Source: Octopus vulgaris (taxonomy: Eukaryota). From it: a stretch of DNA of 64,000 nucleotides. The notes below the pieces were generated by a model that was given only the letters and a program-made list of their open reading frames with translations, had not been told where the DNA came from and searched no databases. The DNA is taken from positions 4,836,001 through 4,900,000 of the forward strand of contig OX597824.1 of assembly GCA_951406725.2 (NCBI GenBank). The letters are read 5' to 3'. Both the position numbers and the translations under genes were made by a program. How positions within the stretch are numbered: the first letter of the stretch is position 1; the number at the start of each line of letters is the position of its first letter. Shown here piece by piece: positions 49,150 to 61,022 of the stretch.

Positions 49150-51520
49150 ATGGTTTAGTAGTATTGGCAGAATGGAAGATATTAGGGATTGGATATTACT
49201 AACAGTAGTAGTTGGAGGAGTTGATGAAGTTGACCTGTTAGAAACATTATTGCAAGGTACCATCAGTAGAAGATGGAGAAGCTAGTGATGTCAGCCTATT
49301 GATAACATTATCAAGATTAGCAGATGTGCTTAGGAGAGGATATTCAGTACAACTGATACTAAGCTTTTTTCATCTTCACATTCAATCAAGCCTGTGTTTC
49401 TGCCAGTATGAACCAGATAATGAACAACTGAGGAAATTTATTCTACTGTTTCCATAATGAATCATTTGTTCATCCTCATAAAAAGGGTTTTCTTCTATTT
49501 TTAATTGTCTGGAAGTAATTCCACAACTGGAGAGAATTTTTTTTTTTTGCACCAAATGCATTATAATGGTTGGAAAGGATCTTCAGCAAACATTCCAGTA
49601 GGTGGGTCTTAATCTTTTAATGCAGTCTTAATTGTTTGTATCGTTCCTTCTGCTTCAACATTAGATTAAGGTCCATAGACAGAAGTTCCAATTTTCTTGC
49701 AACCAAGTCAGTTTAACCAGTTTTTTAATTGAATAAATTCTGGTTCGTTAAATGGTAGTTACTGTCACTGGAACAATCAAATTTAGACAATATTTCCTTG
49801 CTCCTGCTGAACTAATAAAGGCCTCAAGCCAACTAATTCTTAAATCACCAATGATCAACATATTCCCAGCATTTTGTCTGAATCTTCAATTCATATGTAA
49901 CCCAGTTCTCAGGGCTTTGATTCAGGATATTTAGGACTATAAGGGGTGCATTTAAATCTGTCACAAGAGCTGACGAATTCAATATCTCAACCAAAATTAG
50001 ACAATCAAACACAAGTTTTTGCTTTCTTCAGTACTTGTACAGCCATATGCATATTATAAACTCAAGAAAGAACTTTTGCTCAACAAGGTTTAGGGACAGA
50101 TAAGGTGTAGGATGAGAAAAAGTTTGAATTTGAGTCAATTAAGTATACTATACAATCAACATATATTCTAATTTACCATCTTTCATTTTCATCCCATTAA
50201 TTGGTGATGCATTTTTGATACCTTAAGACAGACGTGGAATTATAATTCCTGTTACCACCAAATTGTAATGGTCATTTTCAACCTCCTATTTTTCAACTCC
50301 ACTGAAAATATTTTAGCATTCTAATACTTTATTAGTGGTAGAAAATCAAGGACTACAGTTAATCCAGTTAATCAAGGGCACCAGTTAACCCAAAGGTATA
50401 AGGGTTATTAACCACAACAAAGCTTAAGTATTGCTTTAATCTCCAAGACTAGTAAAGCTGTTGTAGTGCCAGCCACCTCTAGTTTGGAATCATCATTAGT
50501 TAAATGTCCATAAGCAGGTTTGGTGATTAACGATAAATTTGTTAACAGTGAAGCCTGAATGATGGGGTAAGCTGTACCAATATCCAGTGGTCTTTGAACT
50601 GGGTGTTCATTCAATTTACACTTAATTTAATGTAAATTATCATATGTAGTATAATTAACATTCAGAAATACTTCCTCGTTGTTAGACTAATTAGGGCTCA
50701 TACTCTTAACATTATAGAATGACTTAGAACATAATGGCTTTTACCTGCAGCATTTTCTGAAATGGCAAAATTTATTACATGTAAAGAATTTCTTCCTCTA
50801 AGCAAAGTAGAACCGAGAAGGACGTGATGATCCATAAATACTACAAAAAATAACCTGGCTTTGTTGAGTTACTTGTTTAAACTTTCCTTGACGATAATCC
50901 TTACTAATAATAGTGTAAAATATTTCTGTTAGAACTTGGCAGTATGACTGTAAATGCCCAATGATTGCAATATCACAACAATACTAACCAACTTTGACAT
51001 GGATGCTTTAAGCAAGCTCTCAGACAATGAAGAATCTATTTTTGTCTGAGCACAATTGATTCTATTAATAAAAACCAATTTTTCAAGCTCTGCTTCTGGG
51101 TCAGCTTTTATTACAGACAATTTAAATAAAGAAGCAGGCATATTGAAGACTTAGCAGGAAATCATTAACTGCTTTTTCTTTGCTTATTGCTTTAAGTCCA
51201 AAACTTTTAACCTGTCAAAAATAAGTTGTATTTTTTAGTTGCACATTTTATATCTTCAAATGATCAATCTTGAATTGTTATAAGATATAGAATATTTTTT
51301 CAGTTTGATTATTAGTACTGCATAAGGCATGGAACTTTAGCTTAACTAATTCAGGCTTAGCATCATCAGTAAACAGTCTTAAGATAAGCTGTATTAACTA
51401 TGCATCAGTTTCTTCAGCATTAGCAAGGTTTAGGTGTTTATTAGACTCCATTTTAGTGTTGTTAGCTGTTGATTAGACTTGCAAATCTTTCTTGCCTATT
51501 GTTGTATCTATGATAATTAA
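49150..51520 (-). mobile_element. Gypsy-type LTR retrotransposon internal relic (gag, protease, traces of RT, integrase)
   Basis: Protease-like PVQRPLDIGTAYPII; RT trace RLS*GIKNAS; integrase LHMN*...LIIGD..ISWLEAF and SNVEAEGTIQTIK. Order is gag-PR-RT-IN; many stops; no LTRs recognised. Confidence 0.7.
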
Positions 51521-51926
51521 ATAAGTGCCACAGTATGGCCAGTCCGATGACTGAAACTGTTAGCAGAATAACAGAATAAAAAGTATGCTGAGCAAAACCA
51601 ATGTGACTAAACAACACCGAGACAACATTACTTCTACTTCTTCAGGTTAAAGAAAGTTAATAACTTCAAATCTTCTGATGTCTGTTTATAACTGTACATC
51701 ATGGTTCAGCAGGGTTATCCAAGCAGCACAACAAAAAAATTTATTTGAGAAAGACAACAACAAGCATATTTTATTAACGCCTCTTGTTTACTGTACGTGT
51801 GTATGTATTAATAATGGAATAAAAATATACTTTGAACAGGTATAGTTGTGTGATTAAGAAGTTTGCTCTTAATCAGATGGCTTCAGGTTCAATATCACTG
51901 CACAGAATCTTGGGCAAGTGTCTTCT

Positions 51927-51963
<37 letters not shown>

Positions 51964-52130
51964 ATATAGTTAAACAATATTCAGGTAAAGACTGTGTAGA
52001 ATGCTATGCAAAGCTAGTCCACAGTTATTGGCTACCTGATGTCATCAAACAGTAGAATTGCTCCTGCTACTGGATATACATCAGGACTCCATAGTACCCA
52101 TAGTGTTTATATAAATAGATGAATAAGGGA

Positions 52131-53277
52131 AAATGGAATGAATGACATTCTTTATTCAAAATCACTACAATTGTTTTGACACATTTTTACACCTGTGGTA
52201 CATTAGTGAGATGCTGTGTAATCATCATCATCCATCCAATGTGTGAAATGCACTTCCTCAGGTAATTGTTTGAATAAGTCCTTCCCTAGATCCAACTGTT
52301 GTTTCACTCAGTGTTAGAATTCATACCCAAAACGATGTCATTTTCATCAGTTTACAGACAAAACTAAACACATAGATATAGTGACAGACAAAAATGCAAT
52401 TATAATCAAAATACAAAATACGGAAATAGAAAAATAAGGGTAAGGTTGACGATAGATTACAATTCTGTCTTCACGGTCAAATTATAAGGAAGCAAGCGCT
52501 GAACAAAACGAAGGATAGAATGAATAAAATTAAGCATTTTGAGATAACAAAGTGATAAAGTGACCATTTTAGTACTTATCAACTGTTTCTTTGTTTCTGT
52601 GAAGAATCTAAATTACCAAGTCTTCTGCAACAAAACAAGCGGCCCCATTCTACACTCGAAGCAGTTTCTGTTTAAAGTTAATTTATTACTATCAAGTTTT
52701 TATATGCATTTTTGAAACAACTAAAAAAAAATTAATTGGGTATCCCCCGCCCAACCCCAGTTTAGATATTCTTCCATATACCCACTTATAAGGTAGCGTA
52801 TATATATACACACACACTCATATATCTATTCATATATATATACTCACACATATATCTATTCATATATACACACATATATGCCTCTTACTAATATTCTTAT
52901 TATTTTTACTGTTTTTATCAATACTAATATATATTGAGTCAAAAGTCTACATACAATGTAGTGTATATATTTTTATATATATCCACACGTGTGTGTATAT
53001 AAAAACACACACATGTATCCCTCAATACATGCACATATATATACTTCTTACATTCTTACTATTATAGAGCCAGGAAAGAAACAGTATCATGAAGTTAAAT
53101 TAAATATATATACATATATCTGTCCACATATGCACAAATATATTATTGAAACAATCACCTGAGGAGATGCATTTTACACCATGGGTGGATGATAATGATT
53201 ATTCAACAATTTACCAATGTACCACGGGGTGTGAAAATTGTAGAGATTTTAAATAAAGAATGTTGTTCATTCCATTT
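52131..53277 (+). mobile_element. Penelope-like element relic: inverted pLTR (52131-52277), GIY-YIG C-terminal trace, pLTR (53143-53277)
   Basis: The arms are diverged inverted copies, each containing CTGAGGA and AATAAA. NKTSGPILHSKQFLFK at about 52628-52675 weakly resembles the PLE endonuclease end NKRSE...CRHxxKFLL. Confidence 0.65.
52160..52267 (-). ncRNA. Type I hammerhead ribozyme relic with long stem II (G12 mutated)
   Basis: aattac CTGAGGA agtgcatttcacac...gtgtaaaaatgtgtc AAAA caattg TA gtgatt: 6-bp stem I, palindromic stem III, GUA cleavage triplet. Confidence 0.7.
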
Positions 53278-53337
53278 ACTACCATTTATCTGTCCATCCA
53301 TCCATCTGTCCATCCATCCATCTGTCCATCCCTCTAT

Positions 53338-53930
53338 ATGCTTGAGAAGACTTGTTGGGTCAAGTAAAACTAAAATTGTAGCTGTGGCCAGTGCCCCCTG
53401 ATGGCTCCCATTTTGGTAGCACATAAAAAGTACCATCTGAATGTGGTCAATGCCAGGTCTGCCTGACAGGCTCCCATGCAGGTAACATGTAAAAAGCACC
53501 ATCCAAATATGGCTGATGCCAGTGACCCCTGACTGACTCCTATGCCGGTGACATGTAAAAAGCACTATCTGAATGTGATCAATGCCAGGGCCACCTGACT
53601 AGCTCCCATGCCAGTGGCACATAAAAAGCACCATCTGAATGTGGCTGATGCCAGTGCCCCCTGACTGGCTCCTGTGCTGGTGGCACGTAAAAAGTACTAT
53701 CCAAATGTGATCAATGCCAGGCCCACCTGACAGGCTCCTGTGCTGGTGGCACATAAAAAGCACCCACTTCACTCTCAGAGTGGTTGGCATTAGGAAGGGC
53801 ATCCAGCTGTGGAAATACTGCCAGGTCAGATTGGAGCCAGGTGCAGCCACTGGCTCTCCAGACCTCAGTCAAATCATCCAACCCATGCCAGCAGGGAAAA
53901 TGGACGTTAAACAATGATGATGATAATGAT
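53338..53930 (+). mobile_element. RTE 3' end with six 66-bp VNTR units
   Basis: aaaaag anchors at 53430, 53496, 53562, 53628, 53694 and 53760; tail acccatgccagcagggaaaatggacgttaaac(gat)n. Confidence 0.9.
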
Positions 53931-55130
53931 ATATACATACACGTATGTGTGTGTGTTTGTGTGTGTATTTTTGCTTATGTTTCTGCTCTACAAAAGTCAT
54001 CAGCTACAAGTAGAAGTGGTGTTGATGTGATGTCATTTCTGTCAAGAAACCATCAGCACACTTCACACCTTCAAGGGTGTATGAAAAAATAAGAAACCCC
54101 TTATTGGAAAAACAGGTAAGGGTTAGTAACTTAAAAGGCACCTGGCTTTACAAGAACAACCCAACAATATAGTTAGTTGTCTAACCCATATTAGCATGGA
54201 GAAACATGTAAAATGAACAATGAACGCGATTTGCTAATTCCAAGTGTGTTTTTAAAACAATGTTTTGTGTATTACAGTACAAGACATGTGGATAACCAAT
54301 AGAGAATGTGAAGCATGTAATTCAAAATTTTTCAAATTCAAAATACAAATGATAAAAAAGAGAAATTTACATCTTTATTTAATAATGATGCAGTTCTGCA
54401 TCATGTAAAATTTACATAAAGAAGTCATTTTTTAAAGATCTTTATATCAACAAAACAAATAATTCTAGATTTATCCATCAATTGGGCTCTTAGAAAAAAA
54501 AATGTTCAAATTTCAGTACAAAAACAGTGGGGAAAAAATAATATTTTTCAGTTACCTCTATCCTCTAAGCGATCTTTATGGGGTTAAAAATAAAGCAATT
54601 ATTATTCACGAATTGACAGACCTCTGGCTAATTGGAAACATGAAATTGAAAGCCCCAAATCTTTAAATATTTGATGACCCACTAACCGATGATTAGAATT
54701 ATGTGTCTACCCTTAGGAAACGACATGAAGCTTGTAACACATTTTGAACTAATGATTTATAGATGAGTCAACATTGATTAATTACAAAATGAAAAAGAAA
54801 TTATGCATTTTTATATTAGTATTTAATATGATTACATTAAAACTTATTAAAAATGCTACTCATCAAATGAATTCAACTATATTATTTAAACTCGTTCACA
54901 TGACAGTACATAGCCTAATCATATTTAATCTCATTTTTATCCATGCAATAGCTTGAGTTAGACAGATTTTACACAAAAATGTATTTCTACATGTCTCTAC
55001 GTTATATATCATTTGTGATGGTTAATCTAATTATATGCTGGAATGGCTATTACTTAGAACTTCTCTAACTCCAAAGTTTTCAACCAATGAGCAAACAATT
55101 CCAAAGGAAATTAAGAACTATTAGTTTGTA

Positions 55131-55556
55131 AGGTGCGAGCATGACTATGTTGTTCACCTGTCAGCCACATGTTTTCAGGTTCAGTTCCACTGCATGACAA
55201 CTTGGGCAAGTATCTTCTTTTATAGCCTCAGGTTGACCAAAGTCTCATAAGTTGATTTGGTAGAGAGAAACTAAAAGAAGCCTGTAATATATATGTATAT
55301 ATAAATGTATGTATATATGTATTAGTGAGCGGTTGTGTATTCTTGTCTTGACATCACATGATGGTTATAAATGAGGGTCACCATCTTACAAGCAGTGTCC
55401 TTGATTTCCAATCTTTCATCAAAACCTATCTGGCAATGGAAAATACCTTACTTGGAAACAGGTGAGAGTTGGTGACAGGGAGGACATCCAACCCTAGAAA
55501 ATTTGCCTCCACTAACTCTGACTCATGCAAACATGGAAAAGTGAATATTAAAACTA
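55131..55556 (+). mobile_element. SINE with family B head and RTE-type tail
   Basis: ggttcagttccactgcatgacaacttgggcaagt...; ends gactcatgcaaacatggaaaagtgaatattaaa. Confidence 0.7.
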
Positions 55557-57239
55557 TGTAATAACTGAATATTGTATGCTATTGACTAAATAAGGAGACC
55601 CTTTACATCACCTCTGAATAGTGGTCAATGAAGTGGTCTGTCAGGAGACTCTTTCTCATCTTTTTCTCCACATATCAAATGCATAAAAAGAATGTGTTTA
55701 CATTTTCATATTTCCTTTACATTTATGCTTTATAATATTTTAATTTATTTCAGTCCTTCTGATTCAAACAGTGTTATGTGTAAATATGTAGATAACAGCT
55801 GTTACAATGTGTAAGTTTTCTCTTCTGTACAGTCATCCACTAAAAAAAAAAGAGTCCAGAGTTAGTCTTTTCAAACTGTCAACAAAACTTCATTTATGAT
55901 CGGCAGAACTTTTCTTAACAGTCACTTAGTCTTTCTTTGCAACTATATTATTTATTCCACAAAGTTTTGTAGAATTCAGAGAAATATTGACCTCGTCTTT
56001 TTGTCTTTTTTCATTGCACTAAGATTGGAATAAAACAAAATACCAATGACTGCCTCCTCTAGAAGTAGCCCTACATGAGTGCAAGAAACTCATGTTATAA
56101 GAAACTACATGCATGCACACATACACAAGGTTTATCCCATAATTACATAAATACAGGTGAACATTACTTTTTACTTCTTTGAGGTGAATAGGAAACACAG
56201 TACCATTTATGTACTAAAATTGATATAACTATCTATGTAGTGCTTCAGTATGGCCACAGTCAAAATAGTGAAACAAGTAACAGAAAATATTAAAACAGAA
56301 TACCAACCAAAATCAATGACTAAGCATTACCTAGCAAACATATCCTCAAAAAGAGTTAGGTTCCATGCTTGGTGCCTTGGACAATAGTCTTGGGTTGACC
56401 AATCCTTATAAATGAAATTTGGTCAACAGAAATTGTGTAGAAGCCTCTGGCGCACACATGTGTGTTGGTACAAAGCTTGGCTCTGGAGTAAACTTTGTAG
56501 CTACACACAGTTCCACAGCCTGACATCTTGGGAAAATCTTCTCTGTAGTTGTCTCAGGTTTGTGAACAGAACTGGCGGAAGGAAACTGAGAAAAAGCTTG
56601 TCATATTAAGGTGTGTGTGAGTATGTGTGTGCATATGTTTGTCTTTACATGTTATTACTTTGACACTGGTTGGGCAGTGGTAATGTCTGTGTCCTAGAAA
56701 CAAAACTTTGGTGGTCTGATATACACAAACACAGGACAAAATACCTTGAATTAAAAAAACAAGATTGATGCCAAGAAGGACAGCAAACCTCTCTTTACTG
56801 CCTCAAATAAGTCTCATCCAACTTATGCATAAAATGATTATATACCATATATATATACACTCACCCCACGTACACACACACATACATTAAGTGATCAGTG
56901 ATATACTGTGTGCTACCACACTATACTAAACTACTGTATATTTCACCATATTTTACACATGTCACAGAAAACTGCCTGTAACTAAGTTCCGATGTACTAA
57001 TCCTATTATGCTATACTGCATTCTACTATAATATATATTTACTAGTGTGTATCTTAATATGCTATCGAGATCTATGTGCACATTTAACCTACATAGATAG
57101 TACTTGTATACTTCTGATGAAATGTTAGTGACTCACAGAATACACAGAGGAAGAGAGCAGAGATGAGAAAGAAAGAAAGATGGGTGGCTTCTATTAACTC
57201 TACCAATGAACCTTAATAACTACACTCACACTAATAATG

Positions 57240-57870
57240 AGCATGGCTGCAACTAAGAGAATGACCACGGCTATACAATTATAGTAATGATTTTGAAGGA
57301 GAAGTCATGCTAATGAGAGTATTGGCGATATTTATGATCATGATAACAGTGGGGACGATGTATGATAATGACAGGGTGGTAGCTGTAGAGGTGGTCATCA
57401 TGGTAGCAGTGGGAATACACTGATAGTATTGGTACCAATTATAGTGAATGGCATCTGTGATATTGCGTAGGTGATAGTTGAAATAGTTTAGCAGTGTTGA
57501 TGTTCTAGTGGTGGTGGTGGTAGCAATGGTGGTTGTGACAGATATGTTGATAATAGCAATATGGTGGTAAAGCTGGTGCTAATGGTGGCAACATTGGTAA
57601 TCAAATAGCACTGGTGATAGTAATGTTGATAGGGAAGTGATGGGAGTGGTTCTGGTTGTGATAGTGACAGTAGTAATAACAAGGGTAATATTAAAGTTGC
57701 CACAACAATGCTAATGGTTATAACATCAGTGGTCAGTGACCTCACTACCAGCAACAAAAGGTCTTGTATCCACACCTGTGCAAGACCTGAGCTTCCTGGG
57801 ATGGAAATGACTGATTACAATTCTAGGAGTGCGGATAATTGTGGTGGTGATGGTGGTGGTACTGGTCTAC
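57240..57870. repeat. Decayed GAT/GGT-rich low-complexity region
   Basis: Triplet-periodic degenerate repeat. Confidence 0.7.
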
Positions 57871-60661
57871 AGCAATAGTGGGAACCTGAATATCATCTTA
57901 CACTCCAGTTGACTATGTCTCTCAAACAAATAATGGTAACCTACAATAAATTTAGTGTCAGTTTTGCAACCTGCACCTTTTGAAGGATGGGTCCTGCAAC
58001 TAAAAGTCTTCAACTGGATTTTTCTGAAAATTTATCAATTCAAGTTATGTGTGAATTCACTAACCAGTAAGTGAAAAGACCATTCATTCTTTTGAGAACT
58101 GAAATTATCTGCTTTTAGCTAGTGATGCCTGAGATTATAGAAAGTAAAGATAGGCCAAAAGTAATTAGAGGTTAGATTTCTTGAATGACCTGCCAACAGA
58201 CAAAGTTCAAAATAACACTAGGCTGAAGTTCATACATACCTAATAACAAATATTTGAGACATAGCAAGTAAATCATATTAAAGAAATTTTTAATTGAATA
58301 AAGGTGCAATGAATAAAGGTGTAATTGAATAAAGGTGCAATGAAAAAATTCCCACCTGGGTGGACAGATTTTCCTATGCCAGAATGCCAAGAGATAATTT
58401 AATTGAAAAATCCACTTTGCCATACCAAAAAAAGATTTCAAGTTTATGGCAGATCTTAGAGCATGGAATGCACTCTGGTATTTATAACACATAGAGGTAT
58501 GTGTTTATTTTTAAACCAAACATTTTTAAAATAGGATAAAAAAAAATATCTATTTAAATACAATCAAACTTGGCATCATAATCACTGATTGTGATACACA
58601 AATTTTCTCACCATTACACTGAAACCTCTAAACACCCTTCTGTGATATAATTTTGCTGACTTCCCATCTCATGACCCCAAATGCCCCACCTAAGAAGCAG
58701 ATCAGACTTGACTAAGAAACATTTAATACATCACTGTCACAAAAACATATCATAATCATTGTAATTCTTCACTACACCTCAGTTAACAACAGATATAACT
58801 TACTTTTGGTTATGCAATATCGAATATGATAATGCATCTGTCTGGGAAAAATGGAAAACATTCTGTTCTTATGTACACTGCACATCCTAATATTTAGGTT
58901 TAAAAAAATTATTATCAACTAAAATTTTTAAAGCAAAAGATTCAGTAAATATAGTTGCTTTAAAATATTAAGTAAAAGAAAAATTTTCCTTTTTTTCTGA
59001 ACAAGATGTCAAAGAATGACAAGTAAGTTTTCTTAAAATCTTTAACTCCACAGCAAAAGCTAGGAAATTAAGAGCCGGGCAAAGAGACAATGAAATCTTT
59101 GCAGTGGAATATGAATTAACATAACTACAAAAGTAGCTGTTGTTATTAATCTCCATGCCAGCCTTGAAGAAGAAGTCATGGGGATCAAAAGAATTACAGC
59201 TGTGACTATCTTCCTTTCCTCATTACTGTGTAACCATAGCTACATTATGCCAATTTTTCTTTCTATTTCAATGACAGCAAAGCATCATTTGAGAGAATTA
59301 ACAGCTATTTTCAGTAGGTCAAGCAACCATGTAGAGGATCCCTCATTAGTACGTGTAAATGTGACTGCGGTGATAGTGAAGCCTGAATACTATTACCTTC
59401 TTGTTTCAAAAAAGAGATTATGGTAAATCCCTATTAACAAAATCAATTCTTGCAATATGTACATAGTGAAGAATAAAAGTGCAACAATAATTAATGTAGA
59501 GAAAATGTCAGAAGAGATTCTAGTCCCACCACGTTCCTTTTCATGTGACCTATACCTGCTGCTTAACAGTACATAACCAGAGTTGAGTATTGGCCTTATG
59601 GATTCTTTTGATTTATAAAAGGATTCACTTAAGTAAGATGAATAGTATTTAATTAATTTTTTTCTTAATTATGAGAAAGCTATTGGTTTGCTTTTATTAA
59701 TAATTTAATTTTGCAAGTCATTTGATTATATCAATCAAATAAAATCAAAAAACTGAAAACATCATTCAAAATAAAACAAACATGAAATCTAAATTTGCTT
59801 TGCTTGAACATTTTATGAAGAGGGTAAAAAGAAAAAAAACACATTTTCTCATTTCAAATGTTAAGCTTGATTAATTGTATACATGTATATATCCATGCAT
59901 ATGCACACACACACACTCAAATATACACACAGTACATATACATGTATATATACAGATGTGCACACATTCAGGGGTATAAGCACCCATATATGTGTGTGTA
60001 TGGGTGTATGCACATATATATGTAAGTGAGCATATTTATGTACGTATGTTCATATATTTTCTTATATAGGGGCATGTGTGTACATGCGCATGCACGTGTG
60101 TGTGTGTGTGTACTGTTATTATATTTATTTCATTGCAAACCTTTCACTGAGGTGCTTATTCACTAAAATTCAATCAGATTAATAATGAGCAAATTGCAAA
60201 TTCATGAATAGAAAAAGAGAGTGAAGTAGCAGTAGTAGTAGTTAAAACAAAAAATAAATTAATAACAATAATAAAAACATGAAAGTAGTAATAAAAACAA
60301 TAAAAAAATTATCATTAGTATTAATAATATTATGAGAAATTGTAGATAATTGTATGCTTGGTTTCTTTAATTTTTTTTAATATAAACATTTTGTTAAAAT
60401 CATTATTTTGTTGAGGGGTTTTCCTCTATCATTTTAAAAGCTTAGATATTAACAATGTGCATTTAAGAAAACAATAAAATAAAATAAAAGGGAAAATATT
60501 TACTATTTATGTATAAAAACAGATTTTTAGATTGTATGTTGCACACAAGATGTAAAATGGAAGAGAACCTTCGCAAGATTCCTCACAGGCAACAAATACA
60601 GATGAACTTCTCTGTGTATAAGTAACAGCATTAGAGGTGTGGAGTAGACATATTGTTGGCA

Positions 60662-61022
60662 TATCATCATCATCATCGTTTAATGTCCACTCTCCATGTC
60701 GTCATGGGTTGGATGGTTTGGCATGGAGCTGGCTAGCAAGGAGCTGTCCAAACTCTGTTGTGACATCATTTCCGCCCTACCTAATGCCAACCACTTAGCA
60801 GAATGTGTTGGATGGTTTTTACGTGCCACTGGAACTGGTGCATTTATGCAGTACTGGCACAAGTGTGTTAATGCAGCACTGGCACAGGTGCCTTTTAAGT
60901 GGCACTGGCACCTGAAAGGACAATCCTGTTTGTGTGGAAGACAGTGATTTTACTTAGCTTGACGGGTCTAATCAAGTACAGCAAATCGCCACATCTCCCG
61001 GTCCTTCATCATTTCCTCATTG
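60662..61022 (-). mobile_element. RTE 3' end (last codons plus 3' UTR with short VNTR)
   Basis: Minus strand KDREMWRFAVL..TRQAK* followed by UTR and (gat)n tail. Confidence 0.85.

Noticed and set aside
53383-53765. Regularly spaced repeats as a CRISPR array or coding repeat
   Set aside because: Whole units are homologous and lie in an RTE 3' UTR; no frame stays open across the full array.
58291-58343. Three copies of a 15-16 bp unit (tgaataaaggtg)
   Set aside because: Ordinary local tandem duplication with no further structure.
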